From Eutreptiella sp. 'Long Island Sound 2002' (taxonomy: Eukaryota > Protista > Euglenida), in NCBI GenBank assembly GCA_964036045.1, contig OZ038378.1, positions 171,430,001 to 171,494,000 of the forward strand: 64,000 bases of DNA, read 5' to 3'. The notes below the pieces were generated by a model that saw nothing but the letters and a program-made list of their open reading frames with translations, did no database searches and was not told the origin of the DNA. The translations under genes and the position numbers were made by a program. Of this stretch, positions 11,501 to 23,344 are shown piece after piece (the first letter of the stretch is position 1; every line of letters begins with the position of its first letter).

Positions 11501-13749
11501 GGGGCCCAAAAAGGAGAATACAGCAACAAAAAAGGTGAAAAAGTGGTGTATGGGGTATACGTGTATAACAAGTGCACATATGAATGCAACACTGTTCCGC
11601 CTGTATTGTGGGATAATGACCAGGGGTTTTGTAGCCTTCGGCCCTAGCTCCGGGTCCTCAAGAAGGGGGAGGTGATCCTACTCGATGGCGGTTTTCGCGG
11701 AAGAAAGCATTGTCATCCGGAGCAGTGTGCCCTATTTTCTTAAGCACCAAATGCCGGTTTTTGGTCCTGGCGCAACTTTTTTCAATTTCTATTTTTCAAC
11801 CGAAAATAACCTTGGGGGCAATGACATCATCATTGTGTCATCACACAATCACATAGCTCTGTCGCGAACCAGCACGCTTGATGTGATGTCTCTTGACAAT
11901 GATTTGTTTGTCGTGTTTGATATGCCCCCACGGAATGCATGAATGCAAGAATTGCAGGCCCTGCATCCATTGAGCACCCGTACGCCCTCGACAAGCTATG
12001 GTCCGCGTCCATCCTCATCGGCCTAGTGTCCGCTGCACCTTTGGTGTGTTCTGTTTTCATGTATGATACTCTCGTCCCATGCATTTCTTTTGGTGCTAAT
12101 TTGGCAAATCATATGGCATTATCCCATCAATCAAAGCATCCAATGAGTGTTTTTGGCCTAACTTGGGCTAGGGTTGAGGTTGCGGAAAATTCTGCTTCCG
12201 CAAAATTCCCCCCGTCGCGTCTTATGGAGTGTACTTTTTGAAAGGAGGTCTTACACCCGGGAATGGCCATATAACACGTCTGTAGCTGGTGGGTCTATGG
12301 TCGGGGGGGGGGGGGGCTACGGTGGGTTTGCTTAACCGAAGGCGGTTGGCACTGAGAGCAACCAACAACGGTTGCCGCAATCACCACCACCACACGACGT
12401 GCAAAGAAAATTGCCCATGGCACGTGTCAAATGTCAAATGTTTGCATGGCAGGAATACCTGGGGCAAAATGGAAATTCCCTTGCACTTTGTTCACTTGCA
12501 ACGACCCCCAAAGGTTGCATCCCTCTTCGGAATTGGCACGGACCTATGGACAAGAATGCCAAAAACATTGTCCGGGAACGTATAAAATACGGCCGGCATG
12601 TCGTTGCAAAGCCTGCGAGCATTATCTTTGTCAGTTTCCGGCAAATCTTGTGAATCTTGTGAATGCTTTTAGGTTGCATTTTCCACCCCATGATAGTGGA
12701 AATGGCGAAATTTGGGAACTCGCGGTTCTGTTGTGCACCCATGTGCGGTTCGGAGGATGCAAAGCGAACGGCTTTTTTAACACGGGTCACACCTGGCGCT
12801 CAACCCGTTCTCTCACACATTGTTCCACATGCGTGTGAGTTGACAACGCCCAACCCTTCGTCCGATAGGCGTTCTTCACATCGTCGCAGGTGTTGCAGCA
12901 TTGACCCTAAGTTACGGCACACGACATTGTTGTGCAAGCGTGAAAAACCACGAGTAATTCCACGGATGTTTGAGCCTCGACACCGCAAAAAATTAGGGGA
13001 AGTTCCGACTGAAACAACTCTAACACCTAAAGCTCATCACACACCTCGACACTTTCGGCACCATAGCAAGATCCACAATAATTTTCTTCTTTCTTCTTCT
13101 CGAGAGCATCCTTGACTTGCGCCACCTCTTCATCCGTTTCGTGACCAATCCGCGTCTCCTAAACGAGGATGCGAGGCGTAGGCATCTCGTGTCATTCCGC
13201 GAGGATGTGGGTGTGTAAAGACGCCACTAGCTACGCCAACAAACACGTTTGCACAACCTTCTGCACGGAGTTCAAATCGTTCCCTTGTCTATCCAACCGG
13301 CGTTTATGAATGTTGTGCTCCACGTTTACTTGACTTTCCCCGAAGCCGTCCATCACGTCAAGCGTAAGCACATCACAAGCCACATTGGGAAAGGTGATAT
13401 TCAAATAAATGTCAAGGAGTCCCTCGGGCCGCGTGTCCACATATCTGCAGAACGGTATCAATGGGGGAAATCGTGCTACTACGAGGCACGAGTCATGCGA
13501 CACGGTCTCACTAGGTCGGTAACCCGATCCGCGCATTTCAACAAGCGGCGAGCATATTACATACAATTCATCCACTCGATCGATGCCGTGGTAGTAGTTG
13601 AACTCCCCGATAATAAGGGCAACGATACTAATGACGCTAACAACGGAGATTGTTGCACCGGAAAACGTCCTTTCCTTGAATTCGTCAAGGGTTTTTGGGA
13701 AAACGTCGATTGACTTCAAGAATGCCTCTATTCCACTCATTCCGCTCAT
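8555..13749 (-). CDS. ERGIC3: ER-Golgi intermediate compartment protein 3 (Erv46 family), 8 exons, 396 aa
   Basis: Exons (minus): 13749-13565, 13444-13258, 13158-13045, 12906-12793, 12543-12459, 10604-10437, 9910-9788, 8769-8555. All introns are GT..AG, phases are compatible and the total is 1191 nt. Family motifs in order: LKSIDVFPK, YLNITFPNVACDVLTLDVMD, YCGSCYGA, CCNTCDDVKNAY..KGW, EGC..NKVQGNFHFAPG, SHIIHNLGFG..NPLD, QYFIKVVPT, TNQYSVTE, PGVFFIFDLSPI, LCAIVGGVFTVAGIVD, ending KLSLGKQ. Confidence 0.96.
10980..11095. repeat. 24-bp tandem repeat (about 5 units) in ERGIC3 intron 5
   Basis: Unit close to GGGATTTCCCGACAACCAACCGCA. Confidence 0.75.
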
Positions 13750-15218
13750 GATGGGTGATCTCTCTATAAAAGACGAAAAGACAAACGAGCGCCTTTTTGA
13801 CTCCTCCTGATCTATCCCAGTGGATGAAGGCGCAAAATTCATCTTACCCGTCTCCGCAAACAAAGCCCGCATGCGCAAATCTTACCGTATTCATACTTCA
13901 AGTTTCCGCCTGTACCGCCTGTGGTATGGTATACTTCACATGTGGCTTTCAGCTATGCCATATCAACAGGTGTAAACTATCAGCGACCAGGTTGTAAACC
14001 ACTTTTACTGGAATTTAGGGGATCACTACGGGGGCTATCATTCGCGACGTGCTTTTGCGTCTTGCCGGTACACGGCACGTGTTTGCAGCGCTCGTAGCAT
14101 TCGTCCGCACCATGGGCACCACCTCTGCGAGGCAACGAATTCAGGCTCTTTGAGCGGCAAACGGGCGGCATGGTCATGGAGAAACCTTGGCACGACACCA
14201 CACTGTGGTCACACGTGGAAGATCAACGTGCATGATCAACTTAGCTTAACAAAGCATTAAATCTGCAAGCACTCGATAGTGAGACGCCACAATATGAGAC
14301 GCCACAACAAATCTGAGTTTGCCTTCACGTCCATTTACAAGCCTGTCCTGCAACTTGGGTCTCTCCCTGAATAAGGGATCACTTGTGGTGTGGGAACCTA
14401 TTCCAATTGGTCAGGCTTTGTAGATCGCGTGAAGAGTAGAGCCCTTGAGTTCTTTTCCCTTTACATACACATGTGCATGGTGTTCACATGAAGTGTCATG
14501 CTTACTTCCACTTACGTTTGATGTCCGAAAGCGACACGCGTCACTTTGCAGTGTGTTGTTATGGGCGTGAGCCATGGTTGCTTTCTCTTTGCCCGCTGAA
14601 GAGGTCATCAAAATAGAATTGGTAGTATTGTGGAGTGCACTCATTAATGCATGTCATTCCATTTCATGCTCATGTGCACTCGAGGGCTGCGAGCAAGCGC
14701 GCCGTGAATGAACACTTAACTATTTTGTTTTGTACATCATGCTTACAACATTTCCACTTGGGGACTGCACACTTCTGTGACACAATAATGCGACCAACTG
14801 TTGAGACTTTGCCCGTGCCACTGCATCGCATTGTGTTGTATCCTTTGCATGGTATCCGCGTCGAAAGTTACCAAGAGTTTCCGCGGACAATCGCCCAAAC
14901 GACGGGATGAGGCTTTGTTGATGCACAAATCCTCAACATGGCTACATGTCCAAACTTATTTTGACGTGTGGCCCAAGACCAAACTATGAGGCTCGGAGCG
15001 TGCTCCTTCAATGTTTGTATTCATTTTCATTCAATGCTTTTGTGCTCAATTTTGTACTTGATCTCACTTTGCATCGTGTACACCAAGCATTGCTCCCTTG
15101 CTTTCAGAAACCATTGGTTGCGCGTCTTCTTTTGTCCTGCCATTGAAGGTGCCAATTCGCCTGACGACGAGAGACAAGGGGTGCACACTCGTGCCATAGA
15201 CCAAGAATTTGTAATGGA

Positions 15219-15765
15219 GCGTCGTTGACATATTTCTTTGTTGGTTCGACATGAAACGCAATCGGCACAAGTTATTAGAAAAAGCAGCACAACCACCCGA
15301 CAGCCAAACTGGTCTACTAACTTGGAGTCATTCGGACAAACAAGTTCTCGGAATCCTTCCATGAGTGCATCGTATATGACGACGTTTTCGCTTCGCCTTT
15401 TGTATCCTCCATTACTTATGGGTGCATCGTGTACGACGAAGTTTTCGCTTCGCCTTTTGTTCATCGCCAACCACTGCTCTAAACATAAGCATGAATCAAA
15501 AAACCCGATGACAAAACGGGCAAAGGGCAAAACTTTGGCACCCATCCCGAAAATGACACGATAAGGGATTTTGGATTTGTTGTGCATCGTTGTGACCCCA
15601 CTTTGGGGATATGAGATAGCATCCGTGCGTTTGGATTTTACAAAAGTGAGGGGTGTCGCCCCCTTGTTCCGGAAACAACGACACTTTCAATTTCACACAC
15701 GATATGTGCGTTGTTCCGGAGACAGCCACATAGTGGGACGTTGTCACACAAATGCTTGTGCACCT
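15219..15765. repeat. Dispersed repeat, copy B, between the divergent ERGIC3 and GcvH-like genes
   Basis: Homologous to 16-510. It also carries an internal tandem duplication of GTTTTCGCTTCGCCTTTTGT (about 15383-15460) that copy A lacks. Confidence 0.9.
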
Positions 15766-16484
15766 TGAAGTCGCCATTCGGATAGCACGCATTGAGCTTG
15801 GTGTGGCTATGCAACCCCGAGAACGGGAATACGCCAAAACACAAGCAACCGGAAAATCAACTCGCCGTGAGGTTCTCTTGGCATGCACGACTTAAAGACA
15901 CCAATTGTTGTAGTTCTATACCGGCTTGGTAATGGACATGAGCCCGTGTCTAGCTTTCTTTGTCGTGAAAAACATAGCGACGATCGAGCAAGCGGGTTGC
16001 GCTCGGACGTGACGACATTCGTATGCAAGTGTTGTGAGCTATCGTACCATGGCATGCGGTGCGAAATTGAACATCGAGATCGCTATCGTGATTTGTGACA
16101 TTCATCGTACCGTGTATAGACATGACAAATTCAAATGACAAATTGAATGGTTTGCCCGATCGATTTGTAATCGTGTCAGCATCCTACGACTAGTTCGGGA
16201 GCGCATGCGGATGCTCCCATTTCACCTCATTTGTGCGGAACCACTTAACTTCGGAACCGTTTGGCATGCTCGCATAACGCGATATGAGCCAAACCCACAC
16301 CGAAAATCATTGAAAAACAAGTGCATTAGCATCATGTCGTTTCCCTTATCCGAGCCACCCGCTCCCTCTTTACCTTGACTCCATCTATGAGTGGCTGTTG
16401 TGTGTGAGCGGTCGCTTGTCGGGATGATTTGGTTTGCCGTGTCCTCTCATGTTGCCAAGTTATGTTGTGTTTGTTAGGTCCCCA

Positions 16485-17389
16485 ATGCAAACTTTTGTGC
16501 GTTCCATGAGCGGCTGCCTGTTTCACACCGCTCGCCGCCTCCAACACGTACGGTGCACTCCGACTCACGAGTACGTTCGGTCCACGAGCGCGCCCGGTGA
16601 TGCTCCAGAGATGTTGGTGCAACTGGGTTTGACAGATTTTGGCGTTGACCAAATCGGAAACATCCAAGCATTGAAGTTGAAGGCAAAACTCGGGGAACCG
16701 TTGGCCAAGGGCGAGCCGATCTGTGATTTGGATTGGGAAGGTTTGCGTGCAAACTTCCGGCAATTGACGTTCGCATTGCACGTGTGCCTAAACGCTTCCT
16801 CCATGAAAGGCCGTCGTTGAATATGCTCCCACAGTGTCACATATTTGTGTTGGTTGTCTTGGATATCTTGAATGGGATTGTGGCTCGACACTAGCAATGA
16901 CGATTTCTCGTTGTCATTAGCAACCGAACCCAACCCTACGTCCACGAAATTGGTTATACTAGGGCCAAATGGTCATTCATTGTGTGTGGCACAATTCCGG
17001 GCGGGCCAAGTAGGTGTCCGGCACACACGTGGGGGCACGGTCCGTCACGGATTACGATGTGTCTGTGGCAATATGTGCGTGTGCATGCCATGGATATGAG
17101 GGAACGTTTCAGCCCGCTCATGTCACGCGCAGGATTTATCATCACAGATGGCGACGAGCTATACCACACCCGATGGGACAATCGAGAGGGCAAGCACACC
17201 ATTCATGCCCCATTTTCGATTTTGGAGGTGCAGGAGGTGAACGAGAAGGCGCTCAAGGACCCAGATACGGCAGTCGTCGACGGGGAGTGGCTTCTACGGA
17301 TGCGCATCAAAAACGACGATTTTGCCACCTTGTTGAACGAGGACGAGTACGCCAAGCATTGCGACTCCTTGGCGCCTGAAGGGTGGTAA
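16485..17389 (+). CDS. Glycine cleavage system H-protein-like paralogue lacking the canonical lipoyl-lysine motif, 2 exons, 170 aa
   Basis: Exons 16485-16740 and 17133-17389 (GT..AG, phase 1, 513 nt). It aligns with H-proteins: THEYVR~EHEWLR, VQLGLTDFGVDQIGNI~VGITEHAQELLGDM, IHAPFS~IYAPVS, VNEKALKDP~VNDALSDSP, GEWLLRMRI~GGWIFKIK, LLNEDEY~LLDATAY. The Arg/Ser-rich N-terminus resembles a mitochondrial transit peptide. Confidence 0.85.
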
Positions 17390-18014
17390 GTTCAATCCCG
17401 GCAACCTCGACATCGCGATTTGGTTTTTGAGTGCACGTGCGTCGATTGGCCTTTCGTGATTTAAATGCACCGACCAAATCGTTGACGAGATGCCACCTCG
17501 GCTATTTGGTGCCTGCAAAGGCTTGAGTCGTGACCGATAGGCCGAATGCGCCTCTCGTAGCGCCGCCGCTTGTCCGTGTGCTATTGTTAATGTCCCATTG
17601 TTGGCCGGATCCAGCGCTTGCCACCTCTTCCAAAACTCCGTGTGGGACATTTGTGGGTCCAAGATATCCATTCTTTTTCCACCACCATACGTCTCAGCAT
17701 CCTTGTATTTTGTGCCAAGTACACAAAAACCTTTGCGCGGTTCCAATGCTGTTCCGAAAGACGGCTGTGGGGAGGAATTGTATCACGTGCGCAGTGTAAC
17801 TGTTGTGCACGATGATGCTATTGTTGTTGCCAACCAAGTGTTCCCAAGTTTTATTCGTCGCTGTGTAGCACCAGAAATGCTGCCACATGTGGAATTGGTT
17901 GTAGAAGCATCATTTTAATGAAGGGGTGAGGTGCAAGCGCAAAGTAAAGAAACTAGCAAGGAGGATGTGCGCCTATTCAATTTTGCCAAATGTGCCCCCA
18001 AGAGTCTCCAACGT

Positions 18015-18096
18015 GGTGTTGTGGCCGAGTGGTCTAAGGCGGCAGGTTTAGGCCCTGTTCTCTCCGGGGGCGTGGGTTCGAACCCCACCGACATCA
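18015..18096 (+). tRNA. tRNA-Leu (anticodon UAG)
   Basis: Acceptor GGTGTTG/CGACATC plus discriminator A. D-loop TGGCCGAGTGGTCTAAGGC. Anticodon stem GCAGG/CCTGT with TAG at 18049-18051. Long variable arm, GGTTCGAACC T-loop, and T5 terminator at 18102-18106. Confidence 0.96.
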
Positions 18097-18275
18097 AAAT
18101 GTTTTTGCAGCTCTGAGGGTCCTTTCTTGTCGAGGCCGCTCTGAGCTCGCTAGTCCCCCTGCCCATCACCCCTGCGCATCACAAGGAAATCATCTTGTCA
18201 GTCCCTTCTTTTTAACGCATAGACTTTTTGAGATGAGATAGGCTATGAGTTGAGATCGGCCAATCATGGCATGAA

Positions 18276-18350
18276 CACCTCGTGGTCAAGTGGTCAAGAC
18301 CACCGCCTTCCATTGGATCCAGACCTGGGTTCACTTCCCGGGTGGGGTGG
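18276..18350 (+). pseudogene. Degenerate tRNA-like sequence (possible tRNA-Gly(UCC) relic or tRNA-derived SINE head)
   Basis: A-box/D-arm TGGTCAAGTGGTCAAGACC, a CTTCCA loop, B-box GGTTCACTTCC (18328-18338) and T5 at 18354-18358. Acceptor and anticodon stems pair poorly. Confidence 0.55.
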
Positions 18351-19545
18351 TATTTTTCAATTTCTGCACCCAGGGGTTGGAGTTGCAAGCAAAGCAAAGC
18401 ACAAAGAAGAGCGTCGTCAGCGGAACATATCGAAGGGACGCAGGGAAAGCTGCAAAACGCCTTCCAACCCACAAGCCGCTTTCCGTCGCATTCGCTGTCA
18501 GGGGTGCGATTTGCTGAAGGGTCTCGAAGTTCAGCAGGGCTATGTCAAAGGCCATGTCATATCCTGCAACCGGGGTCAGACTGCTCTGAGGGTTGGGCAA
18601 TGTCAATAATAATAATCAGAATTTTTCCGCATGATGCGTCATCTTGTGCTGTGGCTCGGGCCTCTCGTCGTTTGCAGTGTCTTGACCTGCACAAAAGTCT
18701 GTGGCTTCTTCACGTATGGGTTTGAAACTGCTGCAGCTGAGTCGGGATGTTCGGCCCTGAGTGTTGTCATGCCCCATATGCGTGCTTGGTGCTCAGCCCG
18801 AAGAATGTACAGCCACGGGGTATGGCACAATAAATGGTTGCCGGGCCCGTCAATTATCTACACTGTACCCTGATCTTTCTGCCTGGATTCAGCAGGCAAA
18901 TCCTACTTTGCAACGAGAGGTAAATAGCACCAAACGCCTGTGGTTTGCTGCGTTATCCTTGGCAAGTTGCTGACGCGATGCTTGGCAAAGGCTATGTTGG
19001 CGCAATAATGAGGGGTCCGACTGAGAAGGAGAAGGAAGGGATTCGCCGACTTTAATAATAAGGCAGAACCCCCCCCCACCTGCCTCATTGCCTGGTTTGC
19101 ATTTGTCTGTTTTTTGATTACGTCACACAACAGACATTGGACACTGGTTTTATCACACCGTAACCTACTAGCCTTTTCCGGACCACCCCCTACGGACACA
19201 AATCTTGTACACTCATTTCCTCTCAAAGCATATTGTTGCGGTTGTGCAAATGGTCTTTCCTATTAACTCCCCCGAATGCTGCCCGATTCTGCAGTTTCCT
19301 GTTTTCTGTTTGTACTTTGTGGCATTTCTTGCCATGCTGGAATCCAGTGTTTTTGGGTTCAACGCATGAAGCGGTGGCTTGTCAGATGTTACAGGGTCTA
19401 GTTGCGGAGAGGGATGGCTTTTGCATTTGTGGGCGTGTGAAGCGCCGCTGGCATAGTCAGCCGTGAGACATGCACCAGGATTTCAGGTGCACGCTGTTTT
19501 CTCCAAAAGGTGCACTTCAAGGTTCCATTTTGACCACTAACCGTT

Positions 19546-19558
19546 GTGTGTGTGTGCG

Positions 19559-19620
<62 letters not shown>

Positions 19621-19636
19621 TGTGTGTGTGTGTGTG
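19546..19636. repeat. (TG)n microsatellite
   Basis: Direct inspection. Confidence 0.98.
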
Positions 19637-22600
19637 TCATCAACTGCCGCTGCTACAGCCAAAATGCTGGAGACAGTGCGAGGGGTCTTGCTCTGGTTGC
19701 AAACACATCTTTGTCCTCCAGGCCAATGTGTTGCTGTTTGTGTGCAGCGTACCTATTCATTGCACTGACACAGCTGTTGACGAGGACATCCACAAACTCA
19801 AGTTGTGAAATTGGCATTTGTTGTATGTGTAGTGTTTAGGTACTTGGGTTCAGGTCAGAATCATTGCCAGCTGTGTCGCATGCTGTTCCTTGTGCAAACA
19901 GGACACAGTCCCCATTGTTAGCAACCATCCAAGCTTTGTTTCATTGGGGATGGTGTACACAATAACCTTCAAACAGTTTGGGTGTTGCGGGGGCACGGGG
20001 GGGGCGGGGGGCATCAGAGATCAAAATCCAAGACCCAGCCCAAACGGATATTTGAGATCCTCATACAGTGCATGTGCAACAAACAGATGAAACACACACC
20101 TATCCAACTGCAGGCAGCCTGTAGGTGTGCAAAATGTTCTATGCCTCAGTGATTTTTCTGGACTCAAGACACTCATCAGGGCATGCGCCCCACCCCCATT
20201 TCATGCACTTTTGAGACGCCCTTCCACTTAAGTTAGTGATGTGCTGGATGCTGTACACATTCTAGGCTTTAGACTGTGGCAGGAGGGGAGTCAGAATGGC
20301 TACATAGCACCTTCTGTATCACAGTCCCAAGCATGAGGAAGATTCAAAATTGACTGCAAAACCCCTGCCCTATTGGAGTCCCCAAAGCACATGCTTGACA
20401 AGTGGTTATTTTGGGTGATCATGATACCAAGAAAGCTACAAATTATGTGCATCACCCTCCACTGTACAAACGATATGCAGCACGCTCCCATGCACAAACG
20501 AAATGTAGCACCCTCCCATTTACAAATGATATATAGCACCCTCCCATGTACCGGTGATATATAGCACCCTTCAAACTGGTTTTGGGGTAGAAACTGCAAA
20601 ATGTGTCATTGAACATGCTGTCACCAGTGCATTGTTACAACATTCCCATTCCCACTGTCACAGAGACCCCCTGTGCTAGGGCCGCTGAACACACATTCCG
20701 CGCATGTGGTAACACAAAAAGTGAGAAATAGTGAGGAATAGCATTCGAGCCCATCTTGCACAGGCTAAGCGAGCCAAAATTTTTGTACCTTCTTATGGAA
20801 TTTTTGCCAACTGTGTGTTCAAGGTCAAAAAATGGAGAGGTCAATCCTCACTGGCGTCACGTGCTCAATGCTCCTGTAATAGAGCGATGGCTTTATTGAC
20901 CTGACCTCACACAAATGACGATTGAGGAATTGTCCCTAGGGGACGACCAGGGGGGCTGGGGGGTTCAAAGTTTCAAAAGGGGGTATCGTTTGGCCAAATT
21001 GCCCTTTTTTCAATTGGGCTGAAGAAATTTGCCAGGACCCTATTTGTGCATTTGACAAATGGTCTGGACCACTTGGATTTCTCCCCACACTGAAGCACCG
21101 AGAAGTATCCTCATTATCTCTTCACACCTTGCTCAGCTTTTTCATGCCACTACAACATTCTTCTGAGGTGTTGAACATCCACCTCCGTGATGCTCTTTGC
21201 AAAGGGCTGATTGGCCTCCAGGGGGTGGGTGATCTCCATTTTGTAAGTGCTTGTGTTGCGTACATGACATCATCCTTGTTGCTTGGGGCATGCTACAATG
21301 TGCGACAATGAAGGTCACCAAGTATGAGATGATGCGTGCCATTGCCGTTGAGGGAGGACAATTCTAGGCTCCGTAGACTCCTCCTCCAATTCTCTTCTGG
21401 GTCCAAGAGCAATGCAAGTTCATCAAGCAATACCCCAGGATCCTCATCCTCATCTCCACCCAGGGCAGATTGAGAAATTAACAAAGACCCCGAGTATTGC
21501 TCCAACAGCACCAGAGTACTGCAATGATGGGCAGCACACAAGTTTCGCTGCAGAAGGGCCTGTTAGCACCCACTATTGTGGCTCAGCAACGCAAAAAAAA
21601 TTAGCCTGCAGAAAGCCTACAGCCCTTGAATGTTGTATGTGGGGCAATCCTGTAGCCATTGGCGGCCCACTTAACAAACTTCCACGGGTGTCCCAGAAAT
21701 GGTGTGGTTGACACGGTGCAAAAATGAATCTGTCCCTGAAGTTCCTTGTTTCATGAGTCAAGCGTCATTATATGCGGGAACACCCCAGCTTGGGTCATAA
21801 GGCCAGGTGGTCTAGGCATTTGGTTAGATTCTCGGTGCAGTGATGTCATGAGATATTCATTTGTCTAAGGTCGTAGATACCCCCTGGCCCCTCTTTTTGA
21901 CTATTTGACCCTATTTTATCCCCTACTTTTGGGTCCAATGGAGAAAACTGCTGCTGTTTTTCAGCGGCCAAGTTTGAAATGGGCAAAAGGGCTCCAAACT
22001 GCCCCTTTTTTCTGGCGTGCTGAAAAACATTGTTCAGAGCCCTACGCACAAAATTCAAACGTTACCCCCCCCCTGCTCTGCGTTTACTTTTGGTTGGGGT
22101 CCACAAAAAACTGATTTTGCGCATAGCATGTGCACAGTGCATAGTGCACCCTCTGTAACCTGTCAATGGTCATCAATACAGGCATCTCACCCTCAAAAAT
22201 CAGGTTGCTGTGCAACTGTCCTCTCCGTCTGGCAGGCTCTCCAAGTTGATCTCCAATGGATGGGTGCTGTTCATACTGGTGCCTTTGACATCTTGCTGAG
22301 TCCTTAAAAGTTTGAATATATGATTGAGTAGAGTGCACCTGTGACTGGGTTTTTTCTTGGGGCAGATGAGTGCCAGCAAGCTTGCCTAGGTGCCGTGGTC
22401 CTGCAGGTGTAGCTTAAAAGGGACACGTGGTCATGTACTGGGTTGTATTTGTACATAGAACGTGTGAGACCACTCAAACTGCAACATTTCACTTGTTGCG
22501 ATGAAAGCTCTGTGGCAGGCTGAGCCGGAGTCTTTGTGGAAACGCACTTCAGATGGTCTGCTTCAGCTATCACAAGAATTGGTTTTTCATGAACATGTGA

Positions 22601-23148
22601 AGGGGAGGGATGCAGCATGCACCGTTGTTGCACTGTGCCATGCATGCACACCTGTTTGGAGGCAGTCATACTAAATCTTCTAGTGGACAACCCACAGCAT
22701 CCCCCCCATTTGCTGCGGTTTCGAGCTGCCATGAAGCCCTTCTAGTGAGGGGTTAATAACCTGGCTTTACTTGAAACGTAGCACACAGTGTGCGCACTGT
22801 TCAAAGATTCCTCCAGTATCCCTCATCAGCTCCTGCTACCCTTGTCATCAAGTCTCTTACAAGCAGTGCCCAAATGGCCCTGACTGCCCTTGCTACCACC
22901 ACACACTTTCTCAACCGACCCACTTCCCCACCCATCACATGCGGTCAAAGGTGTTGTAAGTCCCATATTGCGTTAGATGCAGCTCGTTTTGAAGTCGCTT
23001 CTGGGGCAGTGTTTGCCTCTGGGTAAAAAAGAGCAGCAGTTTCAAGAGCTTAAGCTACACCTGAAAACTTCCAGGAAGATCGATCGGTGAAGGGTCGGGA
23101 CATATTACATGCTATTCTTTTGCGCCCAGTGTCTGTTCTGTGTGCACA

Positions 23149-23269
23149 ATGGAGGAAGTGCCACCAGTGGCACCAGCGGACGCCACGGCAGTGGCAGCCG
23201 AAGGGGAACCGCTGAAAGTTCTGGACGACGAGCGTTTGAATGCTGCCAATTCAATTTTCTACGAGGTAG

Positions 23270-23344
<75 letters not shown>

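Noticed and set aside
11122-12300. Several 80-150-aa ORFs in ERGIC3 intron 5
   Set aside because: ERGIC3 is complete without them and no conserved motif was recognised. Probably decayed repeat DNA.
19398-19839. ORFs with (VC)n or (HT)n runs, here and at 2816-3198, 23105-23408 and 51520-51929
   Set aside because: Translations of TG/CA microsatellites.
21140-21480. Coding-looking minus-strand stretches (GGDEDEDPGVLLDELALLLDPEENW.., NQPFAKSITEVDVQHL..)
   Set aside because: Stops and frame changes, no clear splice sites, and no recognisable family.
20920-22110. Weak inverted similarity between 21055-21077 and 21805-21826
   Set aside because: About 20 nt with several mismatches and no extension, too little to call an element.
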